64,000 nt of DNA, from the NCBI GenBank assembly GCA_965208905.1, contig OZ242365.1, forward strand, positions 1,376,001 to 1,440,000, read 5' to 3'. Both the position numbers and the translations under genes were made by a program. Positions 43,135-52,956 of this stretch are shown here, one piece after another (the stretch's first letter is position 1; each line of letters begins with the position of its first letter). Below the pieces are notes generated by a model. It was given only the letters and a program-made list of their open reading frames with translations. It was not told the DNA's origin and searched no databases. The DNA is from Nitrosopumilaceae archaeon (lineage in GTDB: Archaea > Thermoproteota > Nitrososphaeria > Nitrososphaerales > Nitrosopumilaceae).

Positions 43135-45504
43135 CTAGTCGGACGTGTAATAGCCCGACCCGAAGACCAACCCGTCGTGCATTATCAACCAGGTGCGCTT
43201 GTCTTCCGTCTCGCCGGTGACCGGGTTTGTGAGCTGGTAGTTCACCCACATGCCGGTTCCCCTCCTTATCTCGCTGAGTATGTCGTCCACCGGCAAGTCC
43301 GAGCTGATGGCATCCCAGTCGGAGGTAGACCCCATAAGGTCGGGGTTTACGTTCCGCGCCTGGGTTATCCCGGTCGCCGGGTCCGCCACAAAGACGTAGG
43401 TGGGGATGACCTGCTCGGGAATGGTGTTGAGGTCTGCAAAGGCAGCATCTCTACCCTTGTTGTTGTACTCGAGGATTTGGCCGTAGGCGGCTGCCTGGAC
43501 CTGTGAATCCAGCAGGTAGTAGCCCGACCCGAAGACTAGTCCGTCCCGCAGCTGCAGGTAGGTGCGCTTGAGCTGCTCTATACCAGTAGAGGGGTTGTGG
43601 AAGGTGTAGGTCACCCAGACACTCCCATTGGCCTCCAAGTCGGCCAGAACGTCCTTGACGGACCTGCCCGAGGTATCCAGGATGGTCTCGGCTTTGCCGA
43701 CCCGGTCCGGCACCACGCCGTCGGCCAGCCTGGTCCAGGATGTTGCGTTAATGACGAACGGGTAGAGGTCGTCGGTTATGATGGGTTCATCGGGGGTGAT
43801 TATGTCTATCCAAGCGTTGTTCTCCTTGTTGGACTCGTAGGTGAATATGGCATAGTCTACTGCTGATCTGGTATCTGCATCGGAGAGGGTGTAGGTGGAT
43901 GCAAAGAGGTAGTCGTCGTATAAGGTATTGGTGCCTCGCTTGATCTGATCCGCACCGGTAAAGGGGTTTACGAAGGAGTATAGTGACCATACTGTACCCC
44001 CGCTTTCCGCGGCCACGCTCCATATATCCGCGTTGGATCTTGCTATCTGAAAGCTCGGAAGCGGTCCGATCAGGTGCGGAAGCGTGCCATGTGCGACTAT
44101 ATGCGTAAAGTTTCTGACACCGGGATATATGTCCAGTCTGTTGAGCTTCCCGGAGGTTATCACCTCAAAGCCGCTCTCCGGGTCGTTCCTGTAGGTGTAG
44201 ATGGCCTCATCTACCACCGACTGTATCCTAGAGTCGGGCAGTGAGTAGCCGGCGCCGAATATGTAGCCGTCATACAGGGACACGTAGGTGTAGGTGAGCT
44301 GGTCGGTCAGGGTGGCGGGGTTCTGCGCCATGTACCACACCCAAGCGCCCTCCGCCGAACGTAACTCCTCCATGATGCGCTCCAGTGACCTGTCGGCCGC
44401 GGCAAGGTGCTGGTCGGTGCTTCCCACCAGGTCCGGCAGCAGGCCGTGCGCCACTACTTCCAGTGTAGTCTCATCCAGCACGAATGAGGACTGCAGGGCC
44501 AGGGGGTCGGCTACCTCCGGCGTTATGATATCAAACGCTTCCTCGCCGTTGGCCTTGTACAGGATTATGGCCTCAGCTACCAGTGACTGCATTCTGGAGT
44601 CCTGGATGTAGTAGCCGGAGCTGAAGATGTACCCGTCGTACAGGTACAGCCAGGAGCGCTTGAGCTGCTTTGTTTCGGTGGCGGGGTTTGTAAAGACATA
44701 CTCGACCCAGGTGCCCCCGTCCCTCTCCAAGTCGGCCATGATATCCTCTACCGGCCTGTCGCCGGTATTCAGTATCGAGTATGGCACATGTCCTAGACGG
44801 TCCGGGATGGCTCCGTGCGCCACCGTCTTCAGGGTGGTGGAATTGAATATGAACGGATATAACTCCGTGACGAGCAGCGTCTCCTCAGGCGTGATTATCT
44901 CAAAGGCCTCCTGCCCCTTTGACTCGTACAGCCGCACCGCATCCTCCACCACGTACTTTGCCTCGGACTCGGACAGGTAGTGGCCGGAGCCGAATATGTA
45001 ACCGTCATGCAGGTACAGCCAGGAGCGCTTTGGCTGTATAATCCCGTTGGCCGGGTTTGTGGCCATGTACTCGACCCAGGTGCCCCCGTCCCTCTCCAGG
45101 TTGGCAAGTATGATATCGACAGGGCTGTCTGCCCGGGTTAGGGTGTCGGGTATCACGCCCGCAAGGTCTGGGAACGCTCCGTGTGCCACCGTCTCAAGGG
45201 TCTCCACGTCCAAGACGAACGAGTATATGGTGTCAGTGATGAGCGCCTCCTCGGGTGTAATCATCTCGAACGCGGTGGGGCCCATCTCCCAGTACTGCAT
45301 CAGAGCCCTTACAACGGCAGCCTGAACCCTGGAATCTATGCTGTTCGCGTCATACCTCGCATATTCAGGAAGCGTTGCCGCCATTTTATCATAGGACATC
45401 GCATCGGACTGTCCCGCCATCATTGCATCGTCCGCCGCAAGTCCGGAAGGAAACAGGTACCCGGCCAGTGCGATTGCCGCCATCACGGCAATCAATGCGG
45501 GCAT
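43135..45504 (-). CDS. Secreted protein with six tandem Cache-like domains
   Basis: Signal peptide MPALIAVMAAIALAG; six repeats of AV..Y...G..AF...Y.F..D....VAHG...G.WV.Y...NP.T....K......DG.IFGSGYY. Confidence 0.85.
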   Translation of the reverse strand: MPALIAVMAAIALAGYLFPSGLAADDAMMAGQSDAMSYDKMAATLPEYARYDANSIDSRVQAAVVRALMQYWEMGPTAFEMITPEEALITDTIYSFVLDVETLETVAHGAFPDLAGVIPDTLTRADSPVDIILANLERDGGTWVEYMATNPANGIIQPKRSWLYLHDGYIFGSGHYLSESEAKYVVEDAVRLYESKGQEAFEIITPEETLLVTELYPFIFNSTTLKTVAHGAIPDRLGHVPYSILNTGDRPVEDIMADLERDGGTWVEYVFTNPATETKQLKRSWLYLYDGYIFSSGYYIQDSRMQSLVAEAIILYKANGEEAFDIITPEVADPLALQSSFVLDETTLEVVAHGLLPDLVGSTDQHLAAADRSLERIMEELRSAEGAWVWYMAQNPATLTDQLTYTYVSLYDGYIFGAGYSLPDSRIQSVVDEAIYTYRNDPESGFEVITSGKLNRLDIYPGVRNFTHIVAHGTLPHLIGPLPSFQIARSNADIWSVAAESGGTVWSLYSFVNPFTGADQIKRGTNTLYDDYLFASTYTLSDADTRSAVDYAIFTYESNKENNAWIDIITPDEPIITDDLYPFVINATSWTRLADGVVPDRVGKAETILDTSGRSVKDVLADLEANGSVWVTYTFHNPSTGIEQLKRTYLQLRDGLVFGSGYYLLDSQVQAAAYGQILEYNNKGRDAAFADLNTIPEQVIPTYVFVADPATGITQARNVNPDLMGSTSDWDAISSDLPVDDILSEIRRGTGMWVNYQLTNPVTGETEDKRTWLIMHDGLVFGSGYYTSD

Positions 45505-45668
45505 GGACGTTGCTAATCTATTTTTCAATATCTGTCGTATGTTGATGAGTATTATTAAGATTTTATAGTACATTTGTTGAAGATGTCAAAAACTGGTGCG
45601 CATACACGGCTAACTCATCTGCCTGCGACCAAATATAATGCTAAATACACTTTTGAAAATAGTATGTC

Positions 45669-48326
45669 GTGAATGTAATTTGGATGGCATTGTTGTTATC
45701 TTGGGCCGCCTTTGTATCGGCATCATATGCAGATGTGTCGTATCATACAAGCGGATTTCATGCGTTGGATGGCCCAACCGGCATAGATACAATCACCATA
45801 CAAAACCACACATATGCCATAGTGAGTAGTTCTGTTGATGGGGCAGTCCAGATACTAAATATAACCAACCCCTATACACCACAGCCTGTATACAGTATAT
45901 CTGGCCAATACCTAATTGATGCGCAGGATGTTGTCGCAGTAAACGTGGGAGATGAAGCATACATCATGATAGCTGGTGCCAAGACCGGTTCAATACAGAT
46001 TATAGATATTACCAATCCACAAGCACCCCTAATCATAGGAGACATTGCAGGATTTGAGACGTCAGATGACATGGGAGAGTTAGATCACATAGATGGCAGT
46101 CGTGCCGTTGATGACACATCTGGATTTGAGGCGCTGGGGGGTGTTAACAGTCTCGAACTTTTGTCACTGCCAGGCAACTATACATATGTGGTAGCTTCGG
46201 GCCCCGCAGATGATGCAATTCAGATAATGGATGTAACATTTTATGATTATCCGGGCCACATCTTTGACTACAATTGCATGTATGCACCCCGACCAGTAGC
46301 CAGCATATTTGATGGAGAGTATGATACAATATTAGATGGTGCATGGAGTACGCTTCCCATCAAAAAGTGGGACCGGGAGTACATACTTGCAGTGGGATCA
46401 AGCAGCTACATATCGGTTTTAGACGTAAGCCACATAACCACACCACATACGGACTTGCGCCCTTGTGATGACCCGCGCAGGAGCGGAACGTATCAGGATG
46501 GCAGTACTGCAGATTCATCTTCAGTACCACCATACACAGGGAGTTCATCCTTGTTTGGACCCCAGCCAATAGTTAGCATAACCAATAGTACAGCAGGGTT
46601 TGAGTCTTTATACAGCATAAACAAGATGGTTGCCATTACACATACAGATGATAACACAATACCAACGCGAGTCTACGAGGATATAGTACAAAGGACAGAG
46701 GGTACAAATGATACAACCTCCCTTAAACGAGGACCAACCCACATAATAGCGATTAGTGATAACTCTGTTCAAGTTATCAGAGTTAACAGCACATATGCAC
46801 ATTACCTAAACTCCACACATGATACGATACGACTGCCTCCCAAGACAGACATACCGGACATCACACTGACATCCGTGCATACAATATACGATGATACCGA
46901 CGGGTTTGAGGCGCTGGGCGGTGCTCGCGACATCAAACTTGCGTATATGAACAATCATACTATTGGCGTTATAGCAGGATTTGATGATGATGCACTACAG
47001 ATAATAGACTTTACCATACCCGAAGACCCTAAGCCCATATCCAGCATATTTGATGGCATAAATGGGTTTGAGGCCTTGGGTGGCGTATATGGTATCGAAA
47101 TTACAGATATTGGTGATAATACATACGTCATAGCCGCAAGTCATCTTGATGATGGTGTGCAGATAATAGACATTACCAATCCGTACAAGCCATTACCGGT
47201 ATCCGGCGTGTTTGATCACAGTTACTTTGACTCTTTGGGAGGGGCCAACCATGTCACCATATCGGAGATATCAGATAGATTATACGCCATGGTAACTGCC
47301 TCTTCAGACAACTCCCTTCAAATAATTGACTTTACCTCCCCTGAGTATCCTGTATCGGCTGCCAGCATACGCGATGATGCTGATGGGTTTGAGGCCTTGG
47401 GTGGCGCGCAGGACTTTGTATCAGCTACTATTAAAAATCGCACATATGGAGCCGTTGTGGGCCATTCAGACAATGCAGTCCAGATCATAGACATCACAGT
47501 ACCAAACAATCCAAAGCCCATATCTGCAATATTCGATGATACTGATGGGTTTGAGGCCCTGGGTGGCGCCAACGGCATAGATGCAGTTACAATACATAGG
47601 CACACATATCTTGTAGTGGCCAGCAAGTCAGACAATGCAGTACAGGTAGTCAACATGACCGACCCCGCACATCCCAGGCCTGTATATGCAATATTTGATG
47701 ATACCGATGGGTTTGAGGCCCTGGGTGGCGCCAGCAAGGTACAATGCCACAACACATACTGTCTAGTAACTGCAAACACAGATGATGCCGTCCAGATACT
47801 AAACATTACACAGGATGGTTCCCCGCAGCCGCTTGCAGCCATATTTGATGGCCAAGATGGCTTTAAATCTCTAAAAGATGCCGGCGAGATACAAATTACA
47901 ACCATAAACAGTCAGACATTGGCAGTTGTTACGGCCAGGGGGGATGATGGTTTACAGATTATAGACATAACAAACCCCATATCTCCAAAAGTAGTCTCCA
48001 ACCTGTTCCGTTACACAGAGGGATTTGACTCGCTGAGCGGTATTCGAAATGTAAGCATATACAATGACACATATGCCATTACAGCCAACGGACTAGGCGG
48101 TACTGTATCCATAATAGACATGACATCTCCAGATTCGCCCAAAGTCATATCATCGATAAATTATCATATGTATGGTCTAGGTGACCTGTACGGCGTAACC
48201 GGCATAGACATATACAACAACACCTATGCCGTATTTTCCAGCAAAGACAAGAGCAGTGTCTTAATATTTGATATTGCAGAGCCGTCTTCACCCCGACTGG
48301 TATCTGTGATTAATGATCAAAAATAA
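45669..48326 (+). CDS. Secreted LVIVD-type beta-propeller repeat protein
   Basis: Signal peptide; repeated DxxDGFEALGGA...YA.V....D.AVQIIDITNP..P.PV. Confidence 0.88.
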   Translation: MNVIWMALLLSWAAFVSASYADVSYHTSGFHALDGPTGIDTITIQNHTYAIVSSSVDGAVQILNITNPYTPQPVYSISGQYLIDAQDVVAVNVGDEAYIMIAGAKTGSIQIIDITNPQAPLIIGDIAGFETSDDMGELDHIDGSRAVDDTSGFEALGGVNSLELLSLPGNYTYVVASGPADDAIQIMDVTFYDYPGHIFDYNCMYAPRPVASIFDGEYDTILDGAWSTLPIKKWDREYILAVGSSSYISVLDVSHITTPHTDLRPCDDPRRSGTYQDGSTADSSSVPPYTGSSSLFGPQPIVSITNSTAGFESLYSINKMVAITHTDDNTIPTRVYEDIVQRTEGTNDTTSLKRGPTHIIAISDNSVQVIRVNSTYAHYLNSTHDTIRLPPKTDIPDITLTSVHTIYDDTDGFEALGGARDIKLAYMNNHTIGVIAGFDDDALQIIDFTIPEDPKPISSIFDGINGFEALGGVYGIEITDIGDNTYVIAASHLDDGVQIIDITNPYKPLPVSGVFDHSYFDSLGGANHVTISEISDRLYAMVTASSDNSLQIIDFTSPEYPVSAASIRDDADGFEALGGAQDFVSATIKNRTYGAVVGHSDNAVQIIDITVPNNPKPISAIFDDTDGFEALGGANGIDAVTIHRHTYLVVASKSDNAVQVVNMTDPAHPRPVYAIFDDTDGFEALGGASKVQCHNTYCLVTANTDDAVQILNITQDGSPQPLAAIFDGQDGFKSLKDAGEIQITTINSQTLAVVTARGDDGLQIIDITNPISPKVVSNLFRYTEGFDSLSGIRNVSIYNDTYAITANGLGGTVSIIDMTSPDSPKVISSINYHMYGLGDLYGVTGIDIYNNTYAVFSSKDKSSVLIFDIAEPSSPRLVSVINDQK

Positions 48327-48834
48327 CCACATAATCCACCCATGATGTATAAAGTTCATAACACCATGATGAATCTACATGGCTGGAAGTGGAGTGGCAG
48401 CCTGGCCAGTGTGAAATGATGATCCAAAGTGGACAACTGATCGTAAGATAATGTAGTGAGTCTCGGACATATCCGCCAAGACCACCAAGATACCTAATAT
48501 GTGGTCTTGCAAATATCAAGAGCACGAGTCTGTCGCCAACCTAGGGAAAAATTACATACTCGAATCCACTATCAGTACTGTCTAGGTGCATATTCAACCA
48601 TACATGACTCTGCCAGGATAACGCGCACTTTCATGTTATTGGTTATACCTAACACCTGACTCTAGAACCCAACTCTTGACATGTTTGGCCGTTCCAAACA
48701 CCGCACACTCACAATCTGGATTGATCGAGTTGCTACGGTAGAATCATAAAGCCATTCAGACATCCAATTCTCAAATTTGCAGCAATACCGGCCCACCTAC
48801 AGTATTTATTAATATAATCAGGTAAACAATCCTA

Positions 48835-50562
48835 ATGCGCTATTGTGAGCATTCCTATATGCGTGGTAGCGGGTATCACTTTTGCGTAAAGTGTGGTCAA
48901 AGACGATGTCACAATACACGCAGGGTGGCGTATGTCTGTCTACCCTTGGCAGTGGGCTTAGTTGTGGTACTGCTTTTCTTTCCAAATGTATCAATACCAC
49001 ATGAGCTCTACGAAGTAACTGCGATTGATACACATGCTGATACTGCAGCAGCACATTCAAGGCCAGACACACATACTGTTTTAGACAAGATTGATCAGCA
49101 GATGACCACTAATGCGACAGATAAAGCCGATGACAGTGTAGATGTGTCCGTACTTGCTACAGGTAGTCAAGATCATACGGTTGTTAAAACAACAAACTCT
49201 GCACACGATGTTCAGCATATTCCCAATGAGTTGAAATCATACATGTTGAGCCTAATCAATACACATAGGGCAGGTGTTGGACTTGATCCAGTCATACTAG
49301 GATCCAATCCTGCTGCACAGAATCACGCCGACTCCATGCTACAAAATTGCTTCTCTAGTCATTGGGGAATAGACGGCCTTAAACCATATATGCGATATTC
49401 TTTGGCTGGCGGTTATCAATCTAATGCAGAGAATGTATCCGGGCTGGACTATTGTATTAAACCATGGGACGGATATATTCCCAATGGGCCATTACAAAAC
49501 GAGATTGATGAAATAATGTCGGGGTTAATGTCAAGTCCCGGACACAAGAACAACATACTGAATCCGCACCACTACGCTGTGAATATCGGCCTAGCATGGG
49601 ACTCTTATAATATGCAGATAGTACAACATTTTGAGCACAACTATGTACAATTCATGCAACCTCCTGATATAACAGACGGTACACTTACAATGTCCGGTAA
49701 TGCAATAGGTACTTCTGGGTTTCCATCAGATAATGATTTAGGAGTTCAGATATATTATGATCCAACACCCCACAATCTAACACTAGGACAAGTAAGCAGA
49801 ACCTACTGCTATGACAGTGGAATGCTTGTTACGTCACTGCGTCCACAACTGGACGGTGGCTGGTATTATCCATCTGACACATTCATCCGCACGAGTCATG
49901 AGCGATGTCCAGACCCGTACGACATACCACCTGATGCGCCAGCCCCCACATCACCTGATGAAGCATATGGGATTTACATAGAAGTAGCCAACGCCATTGC
50001 ATTCTCAACATCAAAAGTACTCCCCTGGACTGACTCACACACCATGACTACGTCTGGTGATGCATTTGAGGTCAAAGCCGACATATCTAAAACCATACAA
50101 AAGTATGGGTCTGGTGTGTACACCATAGTTGTCTGGGGTGTAGCACATAATGAAGATGTTGTAATAGCGGATGTTGCTCTGTTCTATGATGCGGAACTTG
50201 GGAATACTTATCATTGGATAGATGATCTTCCACAGGATGCCTTTCGAGGCAAACTCACCCGTATAGTTGATGCCGGTACGCTGGAGATAGACAACCACAT
50301 ATACAAATTGACTCTCATCAATTTTCCTGAAAAGGGTGAACCTGGCTATGATGATGCCAATGACATTGTACAAGATACCTGTCTGCAAGATAGCATAGTG
50401 CACATATACATAGACGGCGAGCAGGAACACAGCCCTCTATTAGCTCAGGTCTGGTGCGGACATACCCATCTACAGACGGTCCTACTGGACAGCGGCCACG
50501 TTGAATTTGACTTCGCCCAATGTAATATGACGGACTTGGAAGGGGATTGGATACGGTGTTGA
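48835..50562 (+). CDS. Membrane-anchored CAP (SCP) domain protein with C-terminal thermonuclease-like domain
   Basis: LINTHRAGVGL, AAQNHADSM, AENV, LMSSPGHKNNIL; C-terminal RIVDAGTLEI...INFPE. Confidence 0.85.
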   Translation: MRYCEHSYMRGSGYHFCVKCGQRRCHNTRRVAYVCLPLAVGLVVVLLFFPNVSIPHELYEVTAIDTHADTAAAHSRPDTHTVLDKIDQQMTTNATDKADDSVDVSVLATGSQDHTVVKTTNSAHDVQHIPNELKSYMLSLINTHRAGVGLDPVILGSNPAAQNHADSMLQNCFSSHWGIDGLKPYMRYSLAGGYQSNAENVSGLDYCIKPWDGYIPNGPLQNEIDEIMSGLMSSPGHKNNILNPHHYAVNIGLAWDSYNMQIVQHFEHNYVQFMQPPDITDGTLTMSGNAIGTSGFPSDNDLGVQIYYDPTPHNLTLGQVSRTYCYDSGMLVTSLRPQLDGGWYYPSDTFIRTSHERCPDPYDIPPDAPAPTSPDEAYGIYIEVANAIAFSTSKVLPWTDSHTMTTSGDAFEVKADISKTIQKYGSGVYTIVVWGVAHNEDVVIADVALFYDAELGNTYHWIDDLPQDAFRGKLTRIVDAGTLEIDNHIYKLTLINFPEKGEPGYDDANDIVQDTCLQDSIVHIYIDGEQEHSPLLAQVWCGHTHLQTVLLDSGHVEFDFAQCNMTDLEGDWIRC

Positions 50563-50566
50563 CAGT

Positions 50567-51778
50567 ATGTTTGGTTTTACATTTAAATCTAAAAATAAAA
50601 ATAAACCCAAGTCAAAATATCTCATTGAATTTAGATTCTCAGGTTATGCCAAACGCACCATCAAAGATCTACAATCAGCAATCTCAAGGAACTTTCCGAT
50701 TTCGTCTCGTAGAAGGTATGTGCCGCATATTACACTAGTCGGGCCGCTATACACCAGAGATGCCAAAAGGATGATCACCGAGGTTCAAAACGTGATCAAG
50801 CAGCAACGTACTACCCCCACATTCCAAATAGATGGTTTTGGTGTGTTCGAAGATAGGGCAATATTTGTTAAAATCACACCATCGCCGGAGTTGATCCAAC
50901 TACGCAAAGAGATCATAGAACGATTAGATGGATTTTGTGAACTAGGGGAGTATGATCGTGGTACGTACAATCCGCATGCTACACTACTACTGAATACAGA
51001 TTTACAAAAAGGTAGACAAGACTATCAATTCAACAAGATACTAAAGTATCTTGACAGTTGGAAGGTGCCAAGCATGAAACAAGGTGTGTTGCGTATAACA
51101 ATACTGAACAGTCATGGCAAGATCGCATGTGAATACGACCTGATACTCAAAAAACTTCTTGACCGTCAGGATGCACTTGATAGCGATATGCGCAAAAAAA
51201 CATTGGACCAATGGCGTAAGCAAAATTCCCCCATAACACAACAGTACTCGGATCCTGTTGTTGAGAATAACCGTACATTTGTGGTAAGTGATCTTCATTT
51301 TGACCATGACAACATAATACGATTCTGTAACCGGCCTTTCCAATCGGTACGCGATATGAACCAAACAATGGTAGACAACTGGAACAAGACTGTAGACTAC
51401 AATGACAGGGTTTACTATCTAGGTGACATGACCTATGGCCGGCAGAGGAGGCCCATTGATTTCTGGCTCTCAAAACTGAACGGAAATATCCTGTTTATAC
51501 GAGGTAACCACGACACCGATATCATCACAAGAGCGACTGTTTTAAAAGACAAGTTCCATATAATGTACAAAGAATATGAATTTCTATTGATGCATGATCC
51601 ATACAGACCAAAACACTATGACGGTTGGATCATTCATGGTGATAAGCACAACAATAGTCCTGATAAGTATCCACATGTTTGTTATGAAAACAAGACCATC
51701 AACGTATGTGCAGAGTTTACTGAATACACGCCCCTGAATCTAAATAACATAGTCACATCCATCACCGCTCGCAGATAG
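50567..51778 (+). CDS. 2H phosphoesterase (2'-5' RNA ligase-like) fused to calcineurin-like metallophosphoesterase
   Basis: PHITL and PHATL; SDLHFDH, LGD, GNHD, MH, HGDKH. Confidence 0.88.
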   Translation: MFGFTFKSKNKNKPKSKYLIEFRFSGYAKRTIKDLQSAISRNFPISSRRRYVPHITLVGPLYTRDAKRMITEVQNVIKQQRTTPTFQIDGFGVFEDRAIFVKITPSPELIQLRKEIIERLDGFCELGEYDRGTYNPHATLLLNTDLQKGRQDYQFNKILKYLDSWKVPSMKQGVLRITILNSHGKIACEYDLILKKLLDRQDALDSDMRKKTLDQWRKQNSPITQQYSDPVVENNRTFVVSDLHFDHDNIIRFCNRPFQSVRDMNQTMVDNWNKTVDYNDRVYYLGDMTYGRQRRPIDFWLSKLNGNILFIRGNHDTDIITRATVLKDKFHIMYKEYEFLLMHDPYRPKHYDGWIIHGDKHNNSPDKYPHVCYENKTINVCAEFTEYTPLNLNNIVTSITARR

Positions 51779-51991
51779 ACTACCTACAAAAGTGCTTAAC
51801 GATAAACCGTCCAGCCACGAACTGGCAATGGAAGAGATCTGTTAACTAGTCGCATGTACACATTGTGCATATCCCAAAGTTACTAACTACTCTAGTAAGG
51901 GTAGTTCTGATTCACATGCTTCCTTTCCAACACCTATATCAAAATCCATGCGGTTGTTAAAGCCGACAAGCTTGTAAATCTTCCACGATGT

Positions 51992-52939
51992 ATGGTAGTA
52001 AATTTTATACGTGTATACAAAATTTATCACGATATAATGTTGTTTTCAATACAAGGCAAAAGACTCAACAGAATAAGAGAAATAGGTTTTGAGTTAGAAT
52101 CAGAGCTGCAACGCCTAATAGAAAACAACCTAGAATCCATACTAGAGATCAGTTTTGTAAAAAACGAGATGAAAGTGAGAAACTTTCGCATCGATACGGT
52201 TGGATTTGATCCGGACTCTAGGTCCTTTGTGATTGTAGAGTATAAACGGGACAAAAACCAATCTATAATAGATCAGGGCATGGCATACGTGTCACTACTG
52301 CTGGAAAACAAGGCAGAATTCATACTTGCGTATAATGAAAAATTTCAAAAGCCTATACGAAAGGAAGACATAGATTGGACATCATCAAGAATTGTTTTTA
52401 TCGCCAAATCGTTTACCGAGCATCAAAAACAGGCATCGGGGTTCAAGGATCTGCCCATAGAGCTTTATGAGATAAAACATTACGAAAACAAAACCATACT
52501 GTGTAATTCGGTAACCACAAAAAACACAGAATCAATTAAAACTATACGTAAGAAACCAAACGACAGAATCAATAAGGAGATAAGAACATACACTGAAGAA
52601 GATCATCTAGCAAGGGCGGCCCCGGAAATAAAACAGATTTACGTAGAAATCAAACAGATCATGGAATCTTTGTATGATGACATGCAGGTTATTCCAAAAA
52701 AATTGGCGATAACGTTCAAAGCAGAACATAAGTTTGCTTGGGTTGTTTTACGCAAGAATGCTATTGATGTCTATCTCAAAGCCAAAGTAGACCGTCTAGA
52801 TGATTCCAAAAGAATTCTACAGGATGTCACCAATATCGGCCACTGGGGCGGAGGCGACTCACGGATAAGAATTGCAACGACCTCAGAGTTACCATATGTG
52901 CGTGGCCTGATTGAACAAGCCTACACTGAATTCAAGTGA
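51992..52939 (+). CDS. PD-(D/E)xK (NucS-like) nuclease fused to a DUF5655-like domain
   Basis: ESELQ, RIDTVG...VIVEYK; C-terminal DVTNIGHWGGGD. Confidence 0.75.
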   Translation: MVVNFIRVYKIYHDIMLFSIQGKRLNRIREIGFELESELQRLIENNLESILEISFVKNEMKVRNFRIDTVGFDPDSRSFVIVEYKRDKNQSIIDQGMAYVSLLLENKAEFILAYNEKFQKPIRKEDIDWTSSRIVFIAKSFTEHQKQASGFKDLPIELYEIKHYENKTILCNSVTTKNTESIKTIRKKPNDRINKEIRTYTEEDHLARAAPEIKQIYVEIKQIMESLYDDMQVIPKKLAITFKAEHKFAWVVLRKNAIDVYLKAKVDRLDDSKRILQDVTNIGHWGGGDSRIRIATTSELPYVRGLIEQAYTEFK

Positions 52940-52956
52940 CAAATAGGCAGGTTCAC

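Noticed and set aside
46880-47740. CRISPR-like periodic repeats
   Set aside because: They are in-frame coding repeats of the LVIVD protein, degenerate at third positions, with no cas genes
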